Below are positions 1 to 10,016 of a stretch of 64,000 nt of DNA, piece by piece. Below the pieces are notes generated by a model. It had not been told where the DNA came from, made no database searches, and saw nothing but the letters and a program-made list of their open reading frames with translations. The stretch is from Chlorokybus atmophyticus (taxonomy: Eukaryota; Plantae; Mesostigma and Chlorokybus algae). How positions within the stretch are numbered: the first letter of the stretch is position 1; each line of letters begins with the position of its first letter. The translations under genes were made by a program, and so were the position numbers. The DNA is taken from positions 10,449 to 74,448 of the forward strand of contig RHPI01002112.1 of the NCBI GenBank assembly GCA_009103225.1, in the 5' to 3' direction.

Positions 1-544
1 GTTTGCGCATGATTTGATTGCGCGCAACCCATTGCTCGTCCACGAAGTTGTGTGTCGCACCAGTGTCGATCAAAAACAAGCTATTCACACCTTGCATTGT
101 GCCACTGAATGTCCACAACAAAGGTACCACTCGTCCTTGAAAGGTAGCCAAGAATCCGTGACTAATGCGGGGGTTGATTAATATTGCTGATAATCGAATT
201 GTCCCAGTCTCGCGCTTGGTGAATTGTTTTAAAACAGTACCCCCTCGAGTATACTTCAACCATGGGCCATGATATTTTGGCACCATTGCTACCACACTCA
301 GGGATCTGTGTTTACATTGCAATTCACTCAATGTGTGCAACACGTCGGTAAGCATGTTAAATTTCACATGTACCAGTACACAAGTATTTGCTTCCACTGT
401 TGCAACATCAAACAGTGGTAACTTGTGATGTGTTTGCCATGCATGCGTCATTACATGCATTTGAGACAGATTATCAAACCAGTTAACTGCTTGTATCTCA
501 AGCAACTGACTATCAACCTTTGCTACATCAGCCACAGCGTAATC
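1..544 (-). CDS. 5' part of pro/pol: linker or extra domain of about 150 aa, then a retropepsin-type aspartic protease (open to the window edge)
   Basis: My translation in the gag frame after TAG 545-547 has no stop down to base 1: DYAVADVAK...VPKYHGPWLKYTRGG...SLFLIDTGATHNFVDEQWVARN. It is absent from the ORF track because it runs off the edge. Confidence 0.85.
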
Positions 545-2011
545 CTATTCAACCTTCTTGGCTTTGCCCTTCGCCTTCGTAGGACAGGCCTTTGCAACGT
601 GACCCGGCTGATGGCAGATGAAACAGGTGCGAGCTGCAGTAGGTGCATTACCAGCAGACGTACCACCAATTCGAGGAGCGAATGTCTTCGCTTTCTTCGC
701 CACATGTACACTCGGCGGAGGATAGCGCTTTATTCCCCCCCCTTGCGGCTTGGCCATAGCTGTCACGTTCGACTTTTCCTGCACGACCGTGTCATCATTG
801 TACAGGTAAACACTTAGCTTTTGCAGCTTGGCCAAGTCATCAGGAACCCAAGGAAGCCCCGTTGCAGTGTTGTACTGCAGCTGATCGCGAACACGCGCAT
901 CCAAGCCACGCTTGTACAACTCGAACTGCTCAGCTTTGTCCATAGGCATCAGGCCGCTATTGGCACGACCAACTAATGCTTGGAACTCCTGCAGATACAC
1001 TGATGCTGCTCGACCATTCTGTCGCAACTTGCTAAGTTTGTTACGAGCCTGAGTAGCCGGATCCATGCCACCATAGCGCTCCATCAGAAACTGAAACAGT
1101 GCTGGTACTGTCTTCACAGCGCCATGCTCTGTTTGTCGTGCCCACTCGGCGAGAGCATCAGATGGCATAAGCAACTCAGCAACGGCAACGTGCTCACCCA
1201 CCGGGCGCTTTAGCGCTGTCAGGTAATGTTCGACAGTCACCACCCAATCATGGATACTTACACTACCGTTAGGCTTGAACTTTTCAGGTTTGTTCAATGC
1301 CGTAACCGGCAGCCCCACTGATGCGCCAACTGATGAAGCAGCACCCGCTACTTGCTGACGCAGCGCCATCAACTCAGATTGCATCGCATCGAGGCGTGCC
1401 TCCAACTTCACTCGGCCAGCCAACTTATTTTCCAAGTTAGGTCCCAAGTACCAGAACACATCCTTGCAACGCTGCTGCGTTTCAACCATCAAGTTGGCTA
1501 AGGCCTCAAACGCCATCCGCTTCCCTTCGTATGGGAGCGGCCTATCGTAGACGGCCATCAGAGCAGCCACTTTTGGATCACCACGCACGAGTGGCGGAAC
1601 ATTGTTCGTCAACTCGTGCTCAATCATGCGGATCACCATCTCCTTACTAGTGCGAGGGAGAGTGGCAAAATCTGTTTCATAGCCATTACGAACCTTCTGC
1701 GCCCATGCATCCCACACTTCTTGACGAAGCTGCGGGTGGGCGTCAAGTAAAGTCTTGCGCTCGCGCGCATACTTTTCAATGGCTCCGCCAATGACACTCG
1801 GTGTGTCCATTACAGCTGGCTCACTGTGGGTAGACAGGTCGGGGGAAGCTTCGCTATCTTGCTTAGCCTCTTCTTCCTTGTCACTGTCAGTGAGCTTATA
1901 GCTCTCACTCGTGTCCGAGTCCCTCACTTTGTCATCACTGGATGGCTCATATGAGGATGATGAATCAGGGACGGTGAAGTACTTTTCACCTCCCTCTCCT
2001 TGGTCAGACAT
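545..2011 (-). CDS. gag: Retrotransposon Gag (Retrotrans_gag-like capsid plus C-terminal CX2CX4HX4C zinc knuckle)
   Basis: ORF 545..2050 with first ATG at 2011. It has KPEKF..W..TVEHYL and ARNKLSKLRQ...YLQEFQAL capsid-like motifs, plus CFICHQPGHVAKAC. Confidence 0.9.
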   Translation of the reverse strand: MSDQGEGGEKYFTVPDSSSSYEPSSDDKVRDSDTSESYKLTDSDKEEEAKQDSEASPDLSTHSEPAVMDTPSVIGGAIEKYARERKTLLDAHPQLRQEVWDAWAQKVRNGYETDFATLPRTSKEMVIRMIEHELTNNVPPLVRGDPKVAALMAVYDRPLPYEGKRMAFEALANLMVETQQRCKDVFWYLGPNLENKLAGRVKLEARLDAMQSELMALRQQVAGAASSVGASVGLPVTALNKPEKFKPNGSVSIHDWVVTVEHYLTALKRPVGEHVAVAELLMPSDALAEWARQTEHGAVKTVPALFQFLMERYGGMDPATQARNKLSKLRQNGRAASVYLQEFQALVGRANSGLMPMDKAEQFELYKRGLDARVRDQLQYNTATGLPWVPDDLAKLQKLSVYLYNDDTVVQEKSNVTAMAKPQGGGIKRYPPPSVHVAKKAKTFAPRIGGTSAGNAPTAARTCFICHQPGHVAKACPTKAKGKAKKVE

Positions 2012-2620
2012 CTGCCCAAGGATAACACTGTTCAAATAGTGCACAAACACGGAAAGTTGTGCACTATGAAAACGTCGAATACTAGTGATTTTGTCCTGTC
2101 AAGTTTGGAGGGGTAAACGTGGAGTATTCAGCCCAAACAAGAGCTCTCCACACACCTCTCAACTAGACAATCACTGTGCAACAAACCGCACGCGAATGCA
2201 CGCGACGGCTCACGAGCTATGGCTGCTCAAAGTTTTCACTTTGTACAACCCAGCTCAACTTACAATCACAATTGACACCCAAAGTGCCAAAATCTCGTTG
2301 AATCAGCCCTACAGGCCGATATCGACAAGTTGTGAGTTGTGAGTTTGATATCGACCGCACAGAAAAATTCTGGCGGCCTCACCGCACTGACTGGCGGTAC
2401 CGAGACAGTCGATGTTGCCACCGAACTGCCCCCAAGGGAATTTATCCAAAAAAATAGATAAAAAGCCCTTCACCACCACGAATCCACGTGGTGGTTAGCA
2501 CACAAAGATTATAGTAAACAATATATGATTACTATGTTATGTGCTTGGATGCAATGCTTCAGGGAGGGGCCTGGATGGCCGCCCCCCTTCACACAATAAC
2601 AACTAAACTAGGACAAGTTA

Positions 2621-2668
2621 GGCATGGCATGGCATGGCATGCATAGGCTAGGCTAGGCTAGGCTAGGC
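2621..2668. repeat. (GGCAT)4 followed by (AGGCT/GGCTA)n pentanucleotide microsatellites in the retrotransposon leader
   Basis: ggcatggcatggcatggcat...ggctaggctaggctaggctagg read directly. Confidence 0.85.
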
Positions 2669-2826
2669 ACCAGCAGCAGCGTTTAACTACAACAGTTAAA
2701 CCAAACAAAACTTTTAACTACCGCTAGTTTGCCGCCGCAGTGCCGCCTGCCGACGCAGTGCCTGCCGCCGCCCCTGCAGTGCCTGCCGCCTGCCGCCGCC
2801 CCTCCCACAGGCCCCTTGCCGCCCGT

Positions 2827-2838
2827 GCTCCGATACCA
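2827..2838 (-). promoter_or_regulatory. Primer binding site for tRNA-iMet (TGGTATCGGAGC)
   Basis: Reverse complement of gctccgatacca, 1 nt inside the LTR end. One difference from the plant consensus TGGTATCAGAGC. Confidence 0.85.
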
Positions 2839-2839
2839 A

Positions 2840-3319
2840 TGTCAGGAGAGAGGGTGTGCCCCTCCTCCCTTTAATCCCCTACCCCAACACCACCACCAGC
2901 CTCGCCGCCGCCGCCGCCACTGCCGGGGCAGTTGCCAGAGCAAAAGATCCTCTGGCTATGGCGGCCGCTGCGTTAGCAGCGCCGCCATGCAGCTGATATC
3001 AACATGAGACTCATGTCTCATGTCGATATCAGTGTTATAGTTAAGTAACACTACATTAGGGCCTTAACATTAGGTTAACGGCCCTAATAAGGCTTAATAG
3101 GCTGTATAATCCCGTTGGGACCCTTATTTAATCCTAAATAAGGGCGGGGAACCTCTATGGAGGTAGCACACCGTTACACCATCCCTCGTGGGCTGGTGGT
3201 GTGTTGCTGAGTGTGGGAGCGTGTTGAGGGTTTGTAGTGACTGAAGGGCGTCCACTTCTCTGGGAGGTGGTGCTGCTGGACCTCCTCCACCTGCTAACGC
3301 TTCCCCCTGCTCGGTGACA
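2840..3319 (-). repeat. 5' LTR (480 bp)
   Basis: Bounded by tgtca (2840) and tgaca (3315-3319) and abuts the PBS. The outer boundary is inferred from the termini only, because the second LTR is outside the window. Confidence 0.7.
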
Positions 3320-3429
3320 AATCCTTGTGTGTGTGCACAAGTCTGGTACGCTACCGCGCATGCAAGTAAGTGCAGGATCGTTACAGTGCAAAATAATACG
3401 TCATATCACCATAAGCGTAATATACCTCC

Positions 3430-3562
3430 TGACTCGTGAGCTAGGTTGACTTTTTAATACTTATGACTCGCATTTGTGAGTCATTTTCTGTGCCGAAACT
3501 CGTACTAAGATGAGTCATGAGGCCTTCATGATATGACTCATGCTTATGATTCATGTCATGAC
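3430..3562. promoter_or_regulatory. Cluster of TGA(C/G)TCA (AP-1/GCN4-like) motifs and TCATGA palindromes
   Basis: Exact motifs at 3477, 3511 and 3534, with near-matches at 3430, 3464 and 3547. Confidence 0.4.
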
Positions 3563-4121
3563 TTCCGGTGGCTGTCTTGTTGCTTCCCAACCCGCACGAT
3601 TACAGACTTCCGGTAGTAGGATGTTCGCGCACGCCCTCTCAGGCGGCCACGCAGTTGCATCGTAGCTGCTGACGTGGCCGCAAAAAGCGCAAAAAGAAGA
3701 CGCGACCAGGCGGGAGATCGCCGTGTCGCCGACGCGCCCTTTTCTTGAGCGATCGCGGTCAACTTGAATGGGTCAAGCAGTAAAATCAGCCGACCAAAGT
3801 TTTTGGCAACCGGGAAGGCCTAAAGACAACCGGTGTATTAAGGCACATGCAGCCTGTTCAGTGCTTTATTGCATTGCTTGAAGCAATCTGCTTCCCACTC
3901 AAAGCTCTGCAGTTAAGTTACTCCGTCAACGGCGACCAAAGAGATTGGAGAGGCAGATGCCCAGGCGCGGAGTCCGTTGGCTGATACGCTGCGCGCGCCG
4001 CCGCGTATCGATCCCTCAGGCGCTCCTCGGTTAGCGTGATGCAGTAAAGTGACACCTAACCTAACGAAGCTCAACTACCCAGTGTGTTCACAGGTGAGCC
4101 ACGTGGCAGGCATTGTACAGC

Positions 4122-5838
4122 ATGGCGGCGGCGGCAGGAGTGGCGGCGTTGGTGGTGGGCAAGCCAGGGTCGGTATGCAGGCCGTACAACTTGCGGTCGT
4201 TTGACGGGTTGCGACGTGGCGGCGAGTGCTCAAGCACCGCAGGTGCTGCAGCAGGACCAGCTGCAGCCCGCCCGCGCGCCAGGCCGCCGCCGGTCAGGGC
4301 AGGCCTGTGGCCTGGGCCGCTTGCGGCTGCGGTGGTTGGCGGGATCGGAAGAGCCATTCCCAGGCCTGGTGAGAGGTGAGACATTTGTTTGACAGGTAGC
4401 TGTGTTGTGCAGTTTAGTTGTTGCGGTCAGATCATGCCTGGCTCTGCTGCTGCACGCCAACACCTTGCTTCCCATACAGCACCCGTCTCTCCCGGTTGTC
4501 GGGATCGTCCTGTTTACAGTGGTTGCCTCCTGTCCCATTCGTTGAATGCACCGTCATTTGCCACACGGACTCTGACAACCTAGGTGAATTTGCTACAATA
4601 AACGTGTTGCTCACACGGTTGTTGTAGCTGCAAGTTCACCTTGCCTCCTGTCCTGTTCGTTGAATGCATTTGCCACACGGACTTTGACAACCTAGCTTGC
4701 TAAACTAACCGTGTCTTAAGGCTCACACGGTTATTGTAGAAGTTCGACTAAGCTAGGCTCAAACACAACGAAGTTTGGGACGGCTGACGTAGCATTTTGC
4801 TTTTTTTGAAGTCTGGTAATGCAGACTAGTTCAGGCAAGTTGTTGGTGGCTGAGGATGTGGAGCTTGTTTCCAGTGTTGTGGCCGTGTCTGTCAGCAGTG
4901 CGGTCATTTAGAATAATTAGGTTTTTCAGCTGGAGTAGCGGTAGCGATCGCCATGCAATGTCTGCATGGCTTCGTGCAGTCAAGCAGCCGTCATGCTCGA
5001 CTGATGATATATCACTGTAATGCTCAATTTAAACACACAGCAATTCTCATAATTCGGCACATTGCTGTCATGCGCAACTTTAGCACACAGCAAGTTGCGC
5101 AGTCTGGAATGCCAATATGCGTGCTGTTCACTGCAGAGATGATCGCCGTGCGGGTGGAGCTGCTGTTCCGAGGCGCCAAGAAGAGGAGCAGGCAAAGGAG
5201 GCGCAGCCAGTTGCCCCACCTCCTCCCACAGCAAAGCCAAAGCGAAAACCGCCGCCGCTTGGACTGCCTCTGGGGTACCATGGCCTGCGGGATAATACGT
5301 CAAGAGAAATAGAGGCGTGTGATGTGGAGGTGCAGGTATTGTCAACAACAATAACAACAATGCCTTGTTCAATTCACATGTGCTGTTGCTTGTGCGCAAG
5401 TAGTTTGCAAACGTTTGGCACTGTACATGCTGGCCAATTCAGCGGTTATATATATATACATGAGCAGCATTGCATGGCTGACGTGTCTGGTTGTTAGTGT
5501 GATGAATGGTTGTATTCAGGACTGCAAGCATTGCATGGCTGACGTGTCTGGTTGGTGGTTGTGATGAACGGTTGTATGCAGGACTGCAAGACTGAAATTG
5601 ATGTGATGGTTGTGAAGTGCACGTTGTGCGGCGGTTGTGGTGATCTACGCGCACGCAGCCGGCGTGGCAGGAGAGCCTCATATTCCAAGTGCCCGCTTTG
5701 TCATGGGTTTGGTAAGCGTCTGCAATTCCAAGCTGCCTCAGCTACTTCCTTTGTTGGTTTATTCGATATTTCATGACCTTGTTTGCCATTTGCAGGCCAT
5801 GTGCATGGTGTTCGATTCACCGAAGACAATGGGCTGTG
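4122..5838 (+). CDS. DnaJ-type zinc-finger (CxxCxGxG) protein without an evident J-domain, 4 exons, possible plastid transit peptide
   Basis: Exons 4122-4375, 5137-5335, 5582-~5711 and ~5795-5838 join in frame to give KCTLCGGCG...KCPLCHGFGHV. The N-terminus is Ala/Ser/Arg-rich. Confidence 0.7.
4523..4745. repeat. Imperfect tandem duplication of about 118 bp in intron 1
   Basis: ttgcctcctgtcc..ttcgttgaatgca..tttgccacacggact.tgacaacctag occurs at 4523 and 4641. Confidence 0.8.
5466..5590 (+). repeat. Tandem duplication of about 61-62 bp that includes the 3' splice acceptor
   Basis: agcattgcatggctgacgtgtctggttg...ttgtat(t/g)cag|gactgcaag occurs twice. Confidence 0.85.
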
Positions 5839-6580
5839 AGCCAGCCTTCACCCGCGAGCTGTAATGGAGGTTGTCCTACAACTGCATCTGCAGCCAAGGG
5901 TCATAACTGACGCAGGGCTGGGGTGTTACATGTGGACTGGACACAAGGTTGTAGCCCTCCTGCTCACATGCTGCACTCCTGTTGAGTACTGCCACCCTAC
6001 CCTATGCCTGCATAGATAGGGTGCATGGTGCCTATTTATGCCAGGCATCATGCACCTTTTCGGCTGCATGGTGCCTGGCATAGATTCAGTCACTTTGCAC
6101 CCTTCAACATGAGCCGAGCACATCCTGAGCAGCGATTGGGGATTGTGACCATGTCTGTCGCTGGCGCCTGGTTCAGCTGAATGATTGGCTGCGCTGCATT
6201 GGGACAAGGCTTCGACATGAACTTGCTCTGGTGTGTATTCTAGTCAGGGTTGGTAGCCTAATTAGCTGGTTTGTTTGTAAATAATCATTTGTTCAGGAAT
6301 TCGAGAGTTGCCGCATGATGGCTGCGAGACCAATGCTCTAGGACAACTAAATAGCAACTAGATAACCAGTTAGCCTACACCACTAGACAGGATTCTTGAC
6401 CGGCAGCTGCAGCCTCAAGGCAGGGCAAGGGTAGAGCAGGCTTCATCACCTGCGCTCCTGCGTAGCGGCCAGGTACATGCACGAAGACCGCAGCAAGCCT
6501 TTGCATTGATACGCTAGTGTCAAAAGGTTCAATCACCCTTAAGCTATCCTTGGGTGAAATGCAAGTTAACTTGCTGTGCA

Positions 6581-8433
6581 CTATAATAGGATGTGCAGTT
6601 GCAAATCTGGACAGCAGCACAGTACAAAGGCAATCAAGGACTGGCTTACAGGTAATGGAAATGACAAGGTGTCAGTGACAACACCTAATCGATGAAACTG
6701 AGTCAAGGCGTGGCGATGGCAAAAGACTTGCCCAGCACACAGACATTCCGCAATGCTAGCACGGAAAGCTATGCTACAGCAAAGCTGCGGCTTAGGACTA
6801 CAGACGGCGACTGCCTGACAGAGAGCGTGCTGGCGGAGAGGTCCTGGCACCTGCCGCAAAAGGCTTATTACACTCTGGGCGCTGTGGTCATGTTGATTAC
6901 CATCGGCCGTACTACAGGCCCGCACCATAATCACCTCTACAGCATGATCAAGAAGCTGTTTTTCTGAAATCATACCATCAATGCTCACCGACACGAGGGT
7001 CCACACCAATGCCTGCCTGCCGCTGCCACTCATCTTCAAAGCAATGTCGCTCAACTGTAGACATGACATGTTACCATGCACCTTGAAGAACCAGCCACGG
7101 CTGACTTCGTGAATTCTCATATTGAGGCAACTGGGAGTAAGACTACAATAAAACAACTTACCATCGTTGACATTGTGAAATTGATCTTGGTGCTGTTCAC
7201 AACCAGTGCTGTCGTGTGTGCGGGTTACAGTGCGACCCTGTACAGGAAACCATCAATTAGCAAATACCTCCCACAAACATGCAAGATGCAAGTGCAAGTT
7301 TGAACACGAATTACCCGCTGCCCGATGTTTCTTGAAACAGTCACCGTCTCCGCACCTCCCGTTTGGTCATGGACAGTTGTCTCTGTGCGCGACATCTGTG
7401 TGTGCATGCACAATTTAGACTTCCCACACCGCACGCTTATATTCACCAATACCGCCAACCATGAGTAACACTATACTCTCAACACTGAACAGCACCTGAT
7501 CTGGTCCAACATGTGTAGTTGTAGTTGTGCTATAGCTTCTGGCAGGGCCGTTGCCAAATACAGACGATGATGAGCTACTGTAGCTGAAGTACTGGTATGA
7601 GCCTGCAGCAGGCCCGTTTCTGGTGCGATGGGAGGTGGTGGTTTGGCTTGGAGGATATTCAGCTCTGCTTGCATGATGCATAGCGGCAGAGTGGCTACCC
7701 GGATGCTCGCTCTCTTGTTTGGGCTGATGGCGACTGCCTGAGGCCCCATTGTGGCGAGGCTCAGGACCAGCCTCATAGTCTGATGACGTTTGCTGTTAAG
7801 AGAGCTCAAACACTTCACATACTAGTGAAATCACAGGATGCACTACTGTAGTGCGCAATACTGCAATACTGACATAGTGCTCGATGGTGTTAACCTACAA
7901 ACAACAAGTACACATGGCACATACCGTCCTCGTCAGGGTGCTCGACAATTGCGTGTTGGCTTCTGGCACGCTGCTGGCTCACAAAAGGATGCTCTTCCTC
8001 AGGATCCATTTCCTGAATGCTAATGTTGCCACGTGAGGCAGCGGACGGCGCCTGCAAAAGAAACACAGGAAGCATTTTTCAATGATGTATCTTACCCAAT
8101 CAAGCAATCAATTCACGAAGCACTTACATGTGGGTCTGGGCCGGTGATGGGGATGTCACGCACGGTTGCTCCATTCCCATACGTGCCCTCTCTTCTCCCA
8201 TGTTCGTCGGTGATGTAATATTGCGGGTGCAGCGCAGCATAGGCAGCTTGCAAGCCTGGAGGCACCCTCCGTGGGTGATACTGAGACGTGGTGCCATGCG
8301 AGAAAAAGGGATCGTGGTCAAACACCGCAAAGGGGTCCTCGCTCAACAACTGCTGGAGTAGAGCACGGCTGTGGCCGAAGCCGAAGCCGCCAAAACCGTT
8401 CATTGTGTCGGTATTGCCTGTGCCTGCAGACAT
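6581..8433 (-). CDS. Myeloid leukemia factor (MLF)-domain protein, multi-exon; 3' end uncertain
   Basis: Spliced exons give FGGFGF..DPFAVFDHDPFF, IQEMDPEEE..VEHPDED, FSYSSSSSSVFGNGPARSYSTTTTTHVGPDQMSRTETTVHDQTGGAETVTVSRNIGQRGRTVTR..NVNDVERHCFEDEW, which resembles the MLF core. Confidence 0.65.
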
Positions 8434-9962
8434 CTGGCTAAGGGAAGCCCTTTGCGCTTTGAAAGCACAAGCCAACAATCGCAAAGGCAACGAGAACCAA
8501 GCTAGTGCATGCGCAGGATCAGCCTTCAAGCAAGCAAACATGCAAGGCATACGCGCAAGTGTGTGCACATGCGACCACACATTGAACCCAGCCAGGAGTC
8601 TGAGCTATACGACAAATTGTGAGTCCCATCGGCTTGGAACAACAAAAGCAGCTTTATCGGAACTAAGCAAACGAGTGGCGGGATGCAAGGGTGAAGCAGA
8701 TGTTCATGCCCATGGTGCATGCACCATCAAGCAGCTAGCCTCATAAGGGGTTGCGTTTCTGCAGCATGCTGCGCTCTAAGAGTAATGCTTACTAACTTGC
8801 CATAAAACCTCAACCTAGTCCTCGGCTGATCTGCCTCTATGGTTAGCATAATGCAGATGAGAGACTCAACCTCTATGTGATCACATCGACCAATGCACGG
8901 GGAAATGTTAAAAGTCAGATTTTGCCAATCGAGCTGAACCCGAACGGGCTGAAATCTATAGCAGTAGCACTTGATGCTATGCGCAAGCCCAAAAGCACGA
9001 AAGCAGGCAATCAGCGGCTGACACCGCAACGGCTAATAGCAGAATAACCAACCATGAGCCCCAAGCATGCCGAGCTTGCCAGACCTCAGCCCAGCGTGAC
9101 AGCTTCCTCCGAAAACCAAGCTCCAACACGGACAACACTTCCTGGCGGCGATGATGACAGCGACCGCAGCGACAACCCCAACAATAGCAATGCCAGAACG
9201 CAACCAGCAGCGCTGCAGAGCTGACAAACCCTAACTGAGGAGCTGATATCCTTTGGTTAGTTAACCACAGCAGCATCAAGCTCGCGTTAGAAAAGCCCGG
9301 AATTTGACGTCTGTTACCGTCGATATCTGCTAGTACAGCGTTGTACCGGGAAATTTCTGCAGATATATTTACAGGCTGGTTATAAGCGGCAATACATGGT
9401 TGAAGCACAACGGCTAACATCGCGACCAGGTACAGATATTGATTGCTTGGCTCGCGGTAACTGACTGGTGTCGCCGATATCGAACACTATGCCAGAATTT
9501 GCGGCTGGGATGAAACGAGTGAACTACTGCGCAGCCACTAGTCGCTCAATCAACTGTGGCAGAACCCTAGTTTGAAGCGCCGCCGCCGCCACCGGGACGG
9601 CGGGGACGGCAGCGGTGTCACAGGACATGGGGTAGTCCATGTCGTGGTGAGGGGACAAGGCAATCCGCATGTAGGCGTCCTGTGACGAGCCTGTAACTTG
9701 GGCGGCGACGCCCATGCTACGCGTTTCTTTCTGCTACTGAAGCTTCTCTGGCGCCTCCGCTGGCTTGCCGCCTTGGATGTGAGCAGAGGCAGCGATCGAC
9801 GTGTCGTCCTGCGCCGCCGCCGCTTTCTGGTAGGTCGCTGGGCCAGGATCCCGTAAATGCATGCAAGATCTGGCAGTCATGTGTTTGAGATTGGGGTACC
9901 GCATTGGCTGTGATGAACCCTCGGCACCCTCTACTGAGCATCAAACGTTGAGGACACGCCTA

Positions 9963-10016
9963 GGGCACGAATCGAACCGGCGCTGTCAGCGTCAGCCCGC
10001 ACTGAGCCAATTACCC
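9963..10016 (-). other. tRNA-like A-box/B-box pair (possible SINE head or TFIIIC site), not an intact tRNA
   Basis: The minus strand reads TGGCTCAGTGCGG, then 18 nt, then GGTTCGATTC. The stems do not pair and the spacing is too short for a tRNA. Confidence 0.25.

Larger units (their letters stand above)
1..3319 (-). mobile_element. Ty3/gypsy-like LTR retrotransposon, 5' half (LTR-PBS-leader-gag-UAG-pro), continuing beyond the left window edge
   Basis: LTR with TGTCA...TGACA termini, an adjacent PBS, Gag with a CCHC knuckle and an in-frame aspartic protease motif LIDTGATHNFV. Confidence 0.9.

Noticed and set aside
226-235. Slippery-looking GTTTTAAAAC in the gag-pro linker, suggesting a -1 frameshift
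   Set aside because: Careful translation shows the region is already in frame (GGT ACT GTT TTA AAA CAA), so no frameshift is needed.
545-547. UAG reassigned to Gln (non-standard code as in some ulvophytes), explaining the gag-pol continuity
   Set aside because: Host genes end at TAG or TAA at sensible C-termini (USP, NOG2, BolA4, MAK16) and their ORFs show no internal TAR codons.
9963-10016. Functional tRNA gene
   Set aside because: The acceptor and T stems do not pair and the A-to-B box spacing is about 14 nt too short. Kept only as a possible A/B-box pair.
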